Notes: generated from the sequence alone by a model not told the origin. Shown: positions 43,776-55,171, counted from the first letter of the stretch. The stretch is 64,000 nt of DNA from Syntrophorhabdaceae bacterium (GCA_963666485.2 CAXXUO010000009.1:433517-497516); one strand, 5' to 3'. Numbers and translations: made by a program.

Positions 43776-45413
43776 TCAACCTCCCTTCCGGCCGCTCAAG
43801 CTTTGGTCCAACGAGAACGGATTTTGAACAAGCGAACATGCATCGGAAAGATGGACTAAGAAACCGGAAGCCTGCAGCATGGCCATAAGCCAGCTGCTCC
43901 CCATCGTCCCACCGGTATCGATCCGTGGAAAATCGCACCATGACAAGGCATTGGCCAACTGCTCCCCTTCTATGGCAATTCCATAATGGGTATAGAGGCT
44001 CCTCTTGAAGTCCTCATACGTCCTGCGCGAGCCGGGAGGTATCATTGTCAGGACAAGGTATCGAAGGATCCTTTCGTTGAAGACAAAACGCGCTCCCGGC
44101 CCTCTCTTTGGCACTATAAACCCCAATCTTTTTCCGATGGAGAGGAAGAGTTTATGGCCGTAGCTAGTGTCCGCTTCATCATAAAGTTTATCTAATTTGG
44201 TCTTCCGGCTTTTTTGGGCATTTTCATAAATTTCTTTTGTCCGCAGGGCCTGCTGAATAAATGTCAACAGTATGTTCATATTCCGCTGGGAGAGTTGCTT
44301 AATGGCACGCTCCGTTCCCTCCGGATCGGAAATTATCCAGGCAAAATTGAGTGGTACAACATTCTCGTTCTTCTGGATATTTGGACTGCAATGCCTCATT
44401 GACTGTGCGCAGAGGCTTCTCAATATTTGAAGCCCGCAACCCACCATAAGCAGCTCAATGCGTTCAATCGGGTCAATAATGGCACTGCATAATCTATTAA
44501 GCTCTACGGCAAAAAGATATCCCTCCCGCCAACTCTCTTCCGGACACCAACCGCACTCGACAAAACGTTCGCTTCGATTTGTGACACCCCAAGTGCTACC
44601 ATCAATTGTGTCAATCAAATCAACAATGGCGTCCAATACGTCTGGAACCTTAGCGGTAATAGCGCGTAACTCCCCATTTAAAGATGCCAAAAGTTTTTGC
44701 GGGTTTTTTTCATCTTCTGTAAGATCATAAGAAGTCACGAAATTATCTAATTGAGGATCCCGTTTACGAAATGCATTACAGAGTTGTAAATATAGCAGCT
44801 CGCCACCGCGTGCCATAAAAATTCGTTTATCATATGCAAAATATTGAATGGCTTGATCCCATGATTTAACACCATCCCGCGTCGCTACCGTTTGCTCCCA
44901 TATAGCTTCAGAGCATAGGAAAGACTTACTTAAAGGATAAAGAGTCTGCGCACACCAAGTACGGTCAACGCCAACACCCTGGAAACCTAGATATAAATTC
45001 TCGAGACTCTTTAGGACATCTCTTTTGTCAACCCCTTCTGTCCTAATCACATTTTCTAGCTTACGAAGGAGATCCTTGTAGTGTTGTTTATGACTTTCAT
45101 GCCTACTGTCAATCCTCGAAGCTCCTAAGAATGCAAACAGTTTTAGGTTGAGACGTATTGGCACTCTATACTCCAAGCTTTTCCCAATGGGCCAACCCTG
45201 AATTTGCTCCCAAGAAGGTAACGAATTATCAAAGATTGAAATGTTATCAAGCCTTTTAGGAGAATTAAATATGAGAAGCAATTCTGCAAGATGCTCCAAT
45301 ATAGTCTGATCTGTAAAAAAACGTTTTCCGAAAAGTTGAATCCCTGGATTTGCATCACTTCCTTTTACTTCATAATCAAGCTTTACTTTGGGAAAAGCTT
45401 CCGGTAATGGCAT
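43776..45413 (-). CDS. SspG/DndG(DptG)-like protein
   Basis: Lies between F and H; C-terminal wHTH-like YGI..L..SGFL.HLSDACSLVQNPF. Confidence 0.65.
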   Translation of the reverse strand: MPLPEAFPKVKLDYEVKGSDANPGIQLFGKRFFTDQTILEHLAELLLIFNSPKRLDNISIFDNSLPSWEQIQGWPIGKSLEYRVPIRLNLKLFAFLGASRIDSRHESHKQHYKDLLRKLENVIRTEGVDKRDVLKSLENLYLGFQGVGVDRTWCAQTLYPLSKSFLCSEAIWEQTVATRDGVKSWDQAIQYFAYDKRIFMARGGELLYLQLCNAFRKRDPQLDNFVTSYDLTEDEKNPQKLLASLNGELRAITAKVPDVLDAIVDLIDTIDGSTWGVTNRSERFVECGWCPEESWREGYLFAVELNRLCSAIIDPIERIELLMVGCGLQILRSLCAQSMRHCSPNIQKNENVVPLNFAWIISDPEGTERAIKQLSQRNMNILLTFIQQALRTKEIYENAQKSRKTKLDKLYDEADTSYGHKLFLSIGKRLGFIVPKRGPGARFVFNERILRYLVLTMIPPGSRRTYEDFKRSLYTHYGIAIEGEQLANALSWCDFPRIDTGGTMGSSWLMAMLQASGFLVHLSDACSLVQNPFSLDQSLSGRKGG

Positions 45414-48400
45414 TAGTTGGTTACCTCCAAAATGCCTTCATTTATATTGAAACTCTGGCTCTTGAACTGATGGTTTAATTGCAACCGAACGAGCATCATG
45501 TCGCCCCTGTTTTTATCCGTCGTACTCTCCAAGAGCGCTAATTTGAACTTTTCCAATCGATCAATATAGAACGTTTTTAATTGTTGGGCTATTTCTCCCT
45601 GATGCCTGCTATGAACGTAGTCGAGAAACGGTAGATCGAGATCAATACTGCAGTCCTTTCTGGAGAAAAGGGGTCGATATTGTATTATTCCGATCCGCAA
45701 ATCGACCGGTTCTAAGTATAGTTGAAATTCATCAGCGGAAATTTTGGTGAGCACGATCTGGGCAGTCTGTCTGATATCGTAATTCCTACGATTCAGTGTA
45801 ATAAACAGCGTTTCCTGGTCTCCCGCTGTTTCCGGGAGCCGCAAACCGGTAAAATGCTCTTGAAGGATATGGATTATGCCCCTTCGTAATCGCCGCAGTT
45901 CTAATTGCGATCGTATTTTACCGGTTTTCTGCCATTCCACATATGTTTCCAGTAAGGGCGAATCGAGAAATGTTGATAAGAAATGCTTTCCCAACTCAGC
46001 GTCTTGAAAGGCCCCATGAAAGTAAATCAAGCGCCGGACCTGCAACCGTGCCAAGGATGGCTGCAATTTATCATTCTTCGTCCCCCTGCCCGCATTCCGG
46101 AGGTACAGATAGATCTCCTCCAATGTCGTATTGGCAAAGGATACCGGTTGGGAAGATTCTTCGATCCAGAGCATTCGATCTAAACCTGGATTGGGCCTCG
46201 ATCCCGATTCCAACGTACGCGCAAACCTTACGGCATTTATTTGGTTCGAGGTGATATCCTCTTCATCGCCGGAGTCTCCAAAAAACCTGTTAAAGAAGAG
46301 GTAATGCCGCAACGGGGGCCGTAGCGCAAGGGAAGATATCTCTTGTATGGAATAATAATCCAGGCCGGCCGTGATCGCATACGCCAGGTGTTCCGTCATC
46401 TGTCGGATCGTTAAACGATAACCGTATTCATAGAGCCTTCGGTAAAATAACTCAATTCCCTTGAGCGCGGCTGATTTGCTTGCGCACAACATTCTTACGT
46501 TCGCATAAATAGGGCATTTATCCCTGCATTCCAGGTTATCGCACTTCTGCCAGCGTTCTTCGGCGAGCATCTTTTCGAACACCTTGATCGTCGTATCAAT
46601 ACTGTCAACCCGGCCAATATTGATTATGTGAAAACTTTTTTCGCGGCATGTTATGTCTTTCGGCTCCACGCTGTCGAGGGCGCCGAGTAGATCGCTCTGT
46701 AGCGTAAACCACTCAGTCCTGTCTCTGGCAAGACCTTCGAATGCATTGAGCAGACTACCCGTATTGGAAACTATTAAATAGCGTTGATCGTCTGAACAGG
46801 CTTTTTCAAGGAGATCGTGGCGGTCTTGTTCGGTGAGTTCGCTCATATCCTTAATCAGGGTGACGCTAACGCCTTTGTATCGAACCATCTCCTTAGCCTT
46901 CATGTCAGAAGCAAGTGGTTGATCAAAGGGTATTCCGTTGAATCGTTTAAAGATCTCAAGGCAGATAGTCGATTTTCCATCACCCGCGTTTCCTGTAAGG
47001 ATCACGTGAGAACCATTCTGATCGGTAAGGCGATCAAATATGTAATCGGTAACTGGCAAGGGGACATGGATATGACAGAAGTTTGGATTTCTGGCTTGAG
47101 ATTCAGCGAGGGCATTTTCATTGGCTCCTGAAGCATTATGAAGCGAATTGAGATACGCCACGAATGGATTGCCAAGTTCGTCAGGCCGAGGTAGCGATAC
47201 TACAGGCTCCGGCGGTGGAACTTTTTCGGGCTCAATAAACACCAGGTTAAGGTCAGTAGAAGCTTCCTGCTCGTCCGTCGCCGATGATTCCTGGACCGCT
47301 TCCATGAGCTCTCTCTGCATCCACTCGACATTTTGAAAGCGTTCTTCCGCAGTCGTCGATATCGCCTTAAGCATCCAACTCCTTAAGGCATCCGGAACAT
47401 CATCGCGGATATCCTCAATATTTTGAAAACCCTCGGTTAGTATTTCGGAGGGATGGATACCATAGAGCCATTCAAAAAGAGTCACTCCTAAGGCATATAG
47501 GTCGCCATTTTCCGAAAACTTGATATCTCCACCCCGTAACAGATCGGGAGCAATATATTGTGCAGTTCCCTGAAACTGGTCAATACGAGGCGGTCCGGCT
47601 ATTCCAAAATCGATGAGCACGGCACTCCCGTCTTGTGTAACGATAATATTGTCCGGTTTGATGTCACAATGAAGGAGCGGGCTTGCTTTGCCGTCGATCT
47701 TTCGTTCGTGGAGGGCATATAGGCCCTGCAGCAATGATGAAGCTACCTGTTTGAATTCATTAATGTCAGGTCTTTCCTGACATTTGATAAAGTCTCTCAT
47801 GACCCGCCCGTCTATGTAATTGAGTTCGAGAAAAAAACGTTCTTTCTTCCAATGACCTATTCTTTTTGCATGGACAAGGTAGGGCGAATAGACTGCGCTA
47901 GTGACAGTTTCTTCATTTTGGATTCTCACGAGGGGAATATCATTGTTAAAAACTTTTAGGGCAACAAGGATCATTACCAACGGTCCTTGCCAAATACACC
48001 TGAGATACGGGCCCCTCTGCAAGCAGCCCGCTCGATGGTAAAAACATCGTATTCCTCTCCCAGGTCAAACTTCCGGTTTGGATCTCTTTCTTCAAGCCCA
48101 ACCTGATTTTTCGGCTTCAAACCAAGCGCTTCTCGTGTCTTTTCGGCATTTTGGATCCGCTCGTTTCGATCAAGGATGACTAGGCTTTCTAAGACTTCAA
48201 GAATCTCTGTTGAAATATCCCTTTCCTTAAGCTTTTGCAGGGCGGCTTCCGTCATTCGGCCGTTTGTTATTTCAAGCTCCGTCGAAATCTTGAATGGCAA
48301 GCTATGGGTAAGTAGTTCAAAAAGGACTACTCCTACGCTGAACAGGTCGGTACGTTCGTCTATATCGCTGCCGTGGTATACCTCGGGCGCAGTATAAGCA

Positions 48401-49990
48401 TCCCGTTTAAGTTTCATTAGATCCGGTATAACGGTTACATGTTCGCCAATTTCTAATTGATAGGCTAGGTCGAAATTCATGAGTTTTGGCCTTCCGTTGG
48501 CCATGAGTATATTTTCTGGCTTGATCGCCCTGTGAATAATGTCCGCCTTGTGGACAACTGTTAAGGCATCAAGTAATTCCTGGCAAATTCCGAGGGCATC
48601 TTCAATGGGAAGAGGGCCCTCAAGGTCATTGAGCAGGTCCCTTAACGTTCCCTGCTCCGACCAATCGGAGCCTTCTATGATAAGACCGGTCTCGTCCGGT
48701 ACGGGCCAGACCTTGAGTATATTGGGGTAATCACCAATCTTGGCAATTGCGTCCAAGGTATTTCTGGCGCGTGCTTAAAAAGCGTTCTTTCTCATGGACA
48801 TTGCTTCCTTGAGGAGGAAGAAAGACCCGAAATCTTTGCGACCTGCGAATCTTGCCTTCCTTGGGTCGTACCACATACTCGACGAGATCCGGGCGTTCAG
48901 TCAGCCGCTCGATTATTTCAAATCCTGGGAATACATGCCCTTTTTCTCTTTTACTGTGCTGCAGGGACTCAAGGTAATGGCCGACCCGCTCTATTTTTAG
49001 ATGATCTAACTTTTCTTCTTTTGCCCTTCGTTGGTGCTTTAAAAAATCGATAAAAGTATCAATCGAACCGAACGAAGGGCAATGCTTTTCCGTTTTCGAA
49101 GGCGAAGCACCTTCAACTTCTGCTTCAGGATTGGTTAAGACAACAACCGATTCAACCCATATATCAGGGAAAGTTCGGAACTGATGCTGGTAAATTCCCT
49201 TGAGGATTTTTGCCTTAAAGAGATTTGCGCGATGGGGATCCTGTCGATAGACAACATCATCTTTAATCCAGTTGTAAGGGGCAATCCGAATTTTCCCTGA
49301 CCAATGCTTTAGCTCAACAAGATAAATACCCTGCGGGGAAATTATTATGAGATCACATTCGTAATAATCGTTCGTTTGGTTATCGTAAATCAGAAGGTTT
49401 GAAATAATATGACCAAGAGCATAACGTTTTACCTCAGACCCAATTGCTTCGAGAGCGATATTTTCATGCCAGAATATGCTTTTGCTTTCAGTGTCTTTCT
49501 CTGCTTTTTCTAAGGATTTAAGCTGTATCTGTATCTGTGTTGCGAAGAGTGTTCTAATTTCAGCATTTCTCAGCAATTCATACAACTCGTCGTCTAGGTA
49601 CGCGTATTCAATTGTTTCGAGTATTCTGTTTTTAGTAAACCGATAATGAACAACCTTCGAATCTCGATATTTTTGATAAAGCGTCTCCGCTTCACTCTTA
49701 ACTTTATGATGCCAAAAACCATCAGAGGTGAGATGATAATAGGGATATTCCAGCAGACCTAGATCGCTATCAATGATGTCTTTGTACTTATTCCAAGTAA
49801 AATCGAATAATGGCTCAATTTCTACAAATGAAAAGTTATTCTTATGATCGACGTCTTTTTCCAAGAGCTCAATTATGGATAAAATTAAAACTAACTTATG
49901 TGGTCTAGCGACGTCTCCTTTTTTCCAGGTTCTCAAAGAATGAAGTTTTTCTAAGTATTTCTGCGCGACAATTTTCTGCTGATCATTCAT
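45413..49990 (-). CDS. SspF/DndF-like multidomain protein: SBD-NERD-pseudokinase-kinase-P-loop (three +1 frameshifts)
   Basis: Joins ORFs 48731-50062, 47974-48756 and 45413-48022; PHKLVL/YPYYHL, ECDL..VELKHWSG, HRAIKPEN, HCDIKPDN..DFG, TGNAGDGKST. Confidence 0.78.
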
Positions 49991-50810
49991 TTGCTTTGGC
50001 CTCTTTACTCTTGGTTCTACATTGATATGTGCCATGTAAATTGTTAGAACACAAAATATCAATCAACTTCTTTTTTTCGTGGAAATCGCGGGGCATATCA
50101 TCTTGAGACTTATCCGTGTCCTTTAAGTCTCTTAAAAATTTGGGCTTACCTTTCTCTCCCGTCCTCCATGTATATACTCGACAATCTGAATGTTTTTCCT
50201 CATACTGGCAAGCCTTTTCAAACAAATCAGGATGATGTCTTCGAAGCCCAATCCAATCCTTTTCGCTTTGATAAAAGCAAAAAAAACAGCCGGATCTTTT
50301 TCTCCACGAATAATACCCGGGCATTCCCAATCCTGCTGTTCGTAAAATATTTTCGACGTCGGAGAGAATTATCCCGTCATCAACAAACGGATGGCGCGGG
50401 ATAATATTGGGAATGGTCGGTTTATAACCTTCACGTTTTTCGTCTGCACGCAATGCTACATAACTGTAGACTTTTTTGTCGCCAACATAGGCTTCGAAGG
50501 GCTCTAATTTCAATAATCTAGTGCACCATCTATTTTGTGGTGAAGGAAGTACGCCTTTAAAATATTTAAGCCAGTAATCGAAGTTTCTACGCGGCTTTAG
50601 TACATTGATATCTACATTTAGAACCGCTCGAATCCTATTTAAATACTTATAGGTCTCAGGAAGCTCACAACCACTATCCGTGAATACATATTCCATTTGT
50701 AGTTTCGGATATTTTTCCTTCATATAAATTGCAAGAGCAGCGCTATCTTTGCCCCCTGAAAGCGCTAGAATATGATGCTCGTGTTGGTTGGAACAGTTAT
50801 TTATGTTCAT
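49983..50810 (-). CDS. PAPS-reductase family protein (SspD/BrxP-like)
   Basis: LSGGKDS, DSGCELPETY, RWCTRLLK, RSGCFFCFYQ. Confidence 0.88.
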   Translation of the reverse strand: MNINNCSNQHEHHILALSGGKDSAALAIYMKEKYPKLQMEYVFTDSGCELPETYKYLNRIRAVLNVDINVLKPRRNFDYWLKYFKGVLPSPQNRWCTRLLKLEPFEAYVGDKKVYSYVALRADEKREGYKPTIPNIIPRHPFVDDGIILSDVENILRTAGLGMPGYYSWRKRSGCFFCFYQSEKDWIGLRRHHPDLFEKACQYEEKHSDCRVYTWRTGEKGKPKFLRDLKDTDKSQDDMPRDFHEKKKLIDILCSNNLHGTYQCRTKSKEAKANE

Positions 50811-53800
50811 CCCGACCCCTCACTATCCTCTCTGCAAGAACCACAAATAACGCCTCCAATTCCCGTTTCGATAGATCGTTCAATCGATGGGCTGTTTTCG
50901 TTGCAGTCCCCTGGTCCGCAGGCTTCATAACGATTTTAAGTATGTGACCGTCAGGTGCCATGACACCTACCACCTTTGAGCCGGGGTCAGCTACAATGCC
51001 GCGTGAAATCATTCCTTCCAGGTAATGTATCTTGTCCGCATAATCGTGCATGGCTACTTCAAAATAACCGATATCATTGTCCCCCCAGCTATCCAGAGGA
51101 TTCTTCATTACGATCCCGGCGATACCCTCAAGCCATTGATCTGCCTTTTTGTATTCTCTAAGCATTGCCGACAAAACTTGTTTGAGGTCCACGTCTCGGC
51201 AGGCAGAAAGTAAAGGCTTCGCGCGCTTCCGCAGGGCATGCCGCAGGCCTTCGATGTCTCCATCGAAAGAGAACGCTTTCTTGACTATCTGTTCGACATT
51301 ATCGGATAATTTCTGGTAAGCTTCATTGAGTTCGAGAAGAGAATTTCCCAATTTTTTTTGAAGATCGGATTTCCAGTTCACGGGAACATGTTCAGCGTGT
51401 GGTTCATCGTTGTCAATACCGATCGCGCGCGGTATATCGGCAAAAAGCAGCTGCAAGGGATCCGTAGCATTTGCAATGGCAGTCCGGACTAATTGAGCTT
51501 CCTTGGATACAGTGCGCGTAAAAAGAGAATATTTCGGCAAACCATCAATGAATCTTACCAATGGCGTAACAATGCTCAGTAATGTAGCGTTCCTCGCGTC
51601 ATTTGCCGTATCGTCATTCTCCGTTTTCAAGACGGCATTATATGCGTCGAAAAGCTCTCGATGTATGCCTTGATTCTTAAATCGTTTGACCGTGAAAATA
51701 TCGGGCCTTTTAAGCAGCAGGGCTATTTCTGTTTCGTCGATAAAAGGGATATAGGTTCCGTCACGGAAAAGTGCTATTTCATCCGCATTTACTAATAGAA
51801 AAAAAACAATGTAGAGCGGGACCGGGCCCTCGCGTAATCCAAACGGAGGACCTTTCAATACCGCAAGTATCTCTTCGATTTTAATGCCATCAAGGCTATC
51901 AGCTGTTATCATAGACGAGATCTTTTCCCAGAGGGGGAAAAGATCGGAGGTCTTATCAGGTGCTCTGAACTGCCATACTCCGCGTTTAACTTCTTTATGA
52001 AATCCATTAGCTAAGAACAGCGACCTATATATGGCCACTTCCGGTCCAAAACCCTCCATTGCAAGGGCTGGCTTTTGTTGGCCCGCCAGCATCGCTTCTG
52101 CAAGTTCTCTTCGCGCCATTGCGGCAGACCCGGAAAGCCGGTCCTGGTTAATCATCTCCATTTTAATATTTGGACATTGCGAATACCAAATATCGCACAG
52201 GTCCGACATAATACCCGAGAGCTCCCGGTAAGATCCTAGAGATCTTTTTGCTCCATTAACGAACCATTGAATTTTGGTAGAACCCGGATGAAATAAGCGA
52301 CTTACAAAAAGCCTGAGCTGCGTTTCCGAAGCGTGTACTCTATAGCGGGCTTCTTTTCTCGCAACACCGTCCCGTTGAAGCTCTGCTGCTTCGTTCAGGA
52401 CGGCTAGAGCGGCAGCGTGCTCAATGGCCAGCTCTTTGATCTGGTTTTCGTAGGGTACATAAGCAACGATCAAGGGTCTATTATCGGAACAAGAAGGTGG
52501 GATCTCCAATCTCCCCTTATCATGACCATAGCTATAGATCAAGAGCCCATCATATCCTTCTTTGGCACTAAGTTGTTGTTTATGGATGTCCGGGAGCGCC
52601 GTCCATCGAGCTTCGAATTTTCGCACCGTTCCCGTCACATAGGAATGACGGGAAGCTATTACGGGGTCAAGGGGAGCTATCCACTGCAATATGTCTTCAA
52701 GCGGTCTTGCAGCCAGAGCAGCTTTCTTTTCCCGAACGGCTCCGAGAATATCAAAATCCGATCCTTCCCAAAGCCTATATTCCTTCGCATATTCCCGATA
52801 AAGTAATTTCCCCCTGTCAGCCAGGTGATTCAATTCAGCCTCAAATTCACCGTGTCGCCCGCGGGTCTCGCCTAACGCTATACTGAGTACCTGCTTTCTA
52901 GCGGCCAACCCTAAAGGTTGACCAATAAGGTTAAGGATGCCTACCGTTTTTAAGATCTTTTGGCTTAACGGGGAATCGAGGTTAGAACCTTCGATGATTT
53001 CGTGAATCTCTATCCATCTTTGAGATTCCGCCCTTTCGATAAAGGATGTAGTAACGGCTGAAAAAAAGTAATGGTACAGAAAGTCAAGTCCTAGCTCTGG
53101 GAGGCGTTGAGAGTTGCTCACCCAATTGGTCTCAAGAAAAGATGATAGAGAATACGGATCCTTTCCATATATGAACGAAAAAAGCGTCCTGTCATTTTGG
53201 GCAAATTTTCGGCACAATTCAGGCAAAGCAATAACAACGAAAGGGTGGAGGGGATAAAGATCAGCTATAATTTCTTCGTTAATTGCTTGACCCGCCGGAA
53301 GCTGAAGCTTGCTAAGGGCCACATGGTAACGTCTCGCCCAGGACTTTATAGCATTGCTCAGCGCGGGGTTAGTCTTCTGCGAAAGACAAGATCTCAGTAG
53401 AGATATCATCTCAGGTGCGGATTCGAGAAATAGAACATCCTCGAAACGACCTTGTATCTTGCTCCATTCGAGGCGCTGCTGAGTGGTAAGCCCTGAAGCG
53501 TATTCCTGAAAAGCCTGGTGAAGGCAGACGCAAAGGTAAGTCCCCTTCATCTCTGAGAGGACCTGCAACATATATATGTCGCCTTGGTCGGGATACTGTG
53601 CTAGATATTCCAGGTTTTTACCAAATTCGTCCAACACAACCAAAAGCGGCAATTGGAGCCGATCGCGAACCGAAGCGAACAACCTGGCTACGGCAGTTGT
53701 CTCTGGGACCGCCTTTTTTTCAAGTAATTTTACTTCTTTTATGATCTGTGACAAAAGCTTGGAATTGTCCTCGTCCACCACTCGGCTGATCACAGCTCGA

Positions 53801-54213
53801 TGTAAACCCCGGACCAAGGAACGGTTCAAGGGTTCGTATGAAGCTGTCACTGGAACACGGAAAAATCCGTTTCCATTTTTTAACGACCCAATTCCTTCCA
53901 AAAAAGAAGCGCTTAAAGCAGGGTCTTTCTGGGCAAGTTTCTTCCGTGCCAATGCTGTAGCAGGTTCCTTTTCATTGCCGCACAATGCCAGAAGGAAATT
54001 AGCAAAAGACGATTTACCCATCCCATAAGGGCCGGTGAGAGACCAAGACGAAATCCTGCGGCCCCCGAGGGCAGACACAAAGCGAGCTATAGTTTCTGTA
54101 GCCTTTGTAGTCAACCGATACTGCTCTAAACTGGAAATATGATTTTGATCCCTTTCTAAATTAACCGATCGGGCAAGATTTACGTTTGGGAAAACAAAGT
54201 CTGAAAGCAACAT
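50797..54213 (-). CDS. SspC/BrxC-like P-loop ATPase
   Basis: RSVNLERD, TGPYGMGKSS, DEFGKNLE, EWSKIQGRF, YPLHP, AQNDRTLFSF, PPFGL. Confidence 0.8.
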   Translation of the reverse strand: MLLSDFVFPNVNLARSVNLERDQNHISSLEQYRLTTKATETIARFVSALGGRRISSWSLTGPYGMGKSSFANFLLALCGNEKEPATALARKKLAQKDPALSASFLEGIGSLKNGNGFFRVPVTASYEPLNRSLVRGLHRAVISRVVDEDNSKLLSQIIKEVKLLEKKAVPETTAVARLFASVRDRLQLPLLVVLDEFGKNLEYLAQYPDQGDIYMLQVLSEMKGTYLCVCLHQAFQEYASGLTTQQRLEWSKIQGRFEDVLFLESAPEMISLLRSCLSQKTNPALSNAIKSWARRYHVALSKLQLPAGQAINEEIIADLYPLHPFVVIALPELCRKFAQNDRTLFSFIYGKDPYSLSSFLETNWVSNSQRLPELGLDFLYHYFFSAVTTSFIERAESQRWIEIHEIIEGSNLDSPLSQKILKTVGILNLIGQPLGLAARKQVLSIALGETRGRHGEFEAELNHLADRGKLLYREYAKEYRLWEGSDFDILGAVREKKAALAARPLEDILQWIAPLDPVIASRHSYVTGTVRKFEARWTALPDIHKQQLSAKEGYDGLLIYSYGHDKGRLEIPPSCSDNRPLIVAYVPYENQIKELAIEHAAALAVLNEAAELQRDGVARKEARYRVHASETQLRLFVSRLFHPGSTKIQWFVNGAKRSLGSYRELSGIMSDLCDIWYSQCPNIKMEMINQDRLSGSAAMARRELAEAMLAGQQKPALAMEGFGPEVAIYRSLFLANGFHKEVKRGVWQFRAPDKTSDLFPLWEKISSMITADSLDGIKIEEILAVLKGPPFGLREGPVPLYIVFFLLVNADEIALFRDGTYIPFIDETEIALLLKRPDIFTVKRFKNQGIHRELFDAYNAVLKTENDDTANDARNATLLSIVTPLVRFIDGLPKYSLFTRTVSKEAQLVRTAIANATDPLQLLFADIPRAIGIDNDEPHAEHVPVNWKSDLQKKLGNSLLELNEAYQKLSDNVEQIVKKAFSFDGDIEGLRHALRKRAKPLLSACRDVDLKQVLSAMLREYKKADQWLEGIAGIVMKNPLDSWGDNDIGYFEVAMHDYADKIHYLEGMISRGIVADPGSKVVGVMAPDGHILKIVMKPADQGTATKTAHRLNDLSKRELEALFVVLAERIVRGRDEHK

Positions 54214-54220
54214 GATTGCC

Positions 54221-55171
54221 TCACCTCGATGAAGAGCCATAATGAACTTCAAGTAACTGCCAGTATAATTCTCGCGCGTCTCGTGTAAACTGAAGTTGTT
54301 GGTAACCCATAGATTCCACGAAATCTATATCTTCATGTGATCGAGCTGCCTGATCGAGATACCTTCCAGCCTCCGTTTCGGAGACCTTAAATGCGACACC
54401 CGGCGAATTATAATCAAAACAGATGCGGTGAAGGGATAAGGTCCTCTGAGTCTCCGCTTGCGCATTCTGCGCATAAGACAAGCAGGCCGCTGCAAAAATA
54501 TCTTCGGGAAGAGTCTGCTTTTCCCCGATCTCGAATCGAAAACTATTAGCTTCTTCCGCTTTTCTCATAATTCCCAACATGCTAAACGGGCTCTCGATCC
54601 CGAAAGCAGTATTATCTGATGCAGGAACATACATCCTGATTATACACGAGCCATCTTTTTCAAAAGAGCTCTGAGACAGTTTACGGAGTTTCTCATAGTT
54701 CTGCGTGGCAGCAATCAGGGCGTTACTCAAGTGCTTCGGCTCAAAATACGGAAGAAGCACATGGTTAAAACACACCGGCCATGACGCCGCATGAAAAGGA
54801 GGAATGAAAAGCTGCCAATGAAGCAGCCAGAGGCTCGCGACGTCCTCAAGGAACGGATCCCAACCATCGTCATCCAGAAGCTTATCTCCCAATCGGGTAG
54901 GCCGCAAACCTCCCTGTTGCCCCTTTTGCTCTTGCCCGCTTAAGTATTCGAGTAAATGAAAAGCAAGGCACCAAAAGCGGATAGAACGGACCATATTCTT
55001 ACCAACCCCAAGCCGTTCAATTGCATCGGGTGCATTGAAAACAAAAGGGTCTTTCTTGGCCTCATCATAGCCCTTTTTAAGCCAGCCATACCTTGGGGTA
55101 AATGTCTCATGTCCCCCGACCCTGCCAATATCAACCTGTTCTCTTATGTTAGCATCCGTATTCATTAACAA
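54221..55171 (-). CDS. DUF4007 family protein (SspB-like)
   Basis: GHETFTPRYGWLKKG, LGVGKNMVRSIRFW, DPFLED..SLWLLHWQL. Confidence 0.88.
   Translation of the reverse strand: MLMNTDANIREQVDIGRVGGHETFTPRYGWLKKGYDEAKKDPFVFNAPDAIERLGVGKNMVRSIRFWCLAFHLLEYLSGQEQKGQQGGLRPTRLGDKLLDDDGWDPFLEDVASLWLLHWQLFIPPFHAASWPVCFNHVLLPYFEPKHLSNALIAATQNYEKLRKLSQSSFEKDGSCIIRMYVPASDNTAFGIESPFSMLGIMRKAEEANSFRFEIGEKQTLPEDIFAAACLSYAQNAQAETQRTLSLHRICFDYNSPGVAFKVSETEAGRYLDQAARSHEDIDFVESMGYQQLQFTRDARELYWQLLEVHYGSSSR

Noticed and set aside
48770..48785. Programmed -1 ribosomal frameshift at TTT TTA
   Set aside because: The required shift is +1, and two more insertions follow, so sequence error or decay is more parsimonious
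33400..55171. BREX type 4 or type 2 call
   Set aside because: No PglZ, BrxL or PglX recognisable; F/G/H-like genes are present instead
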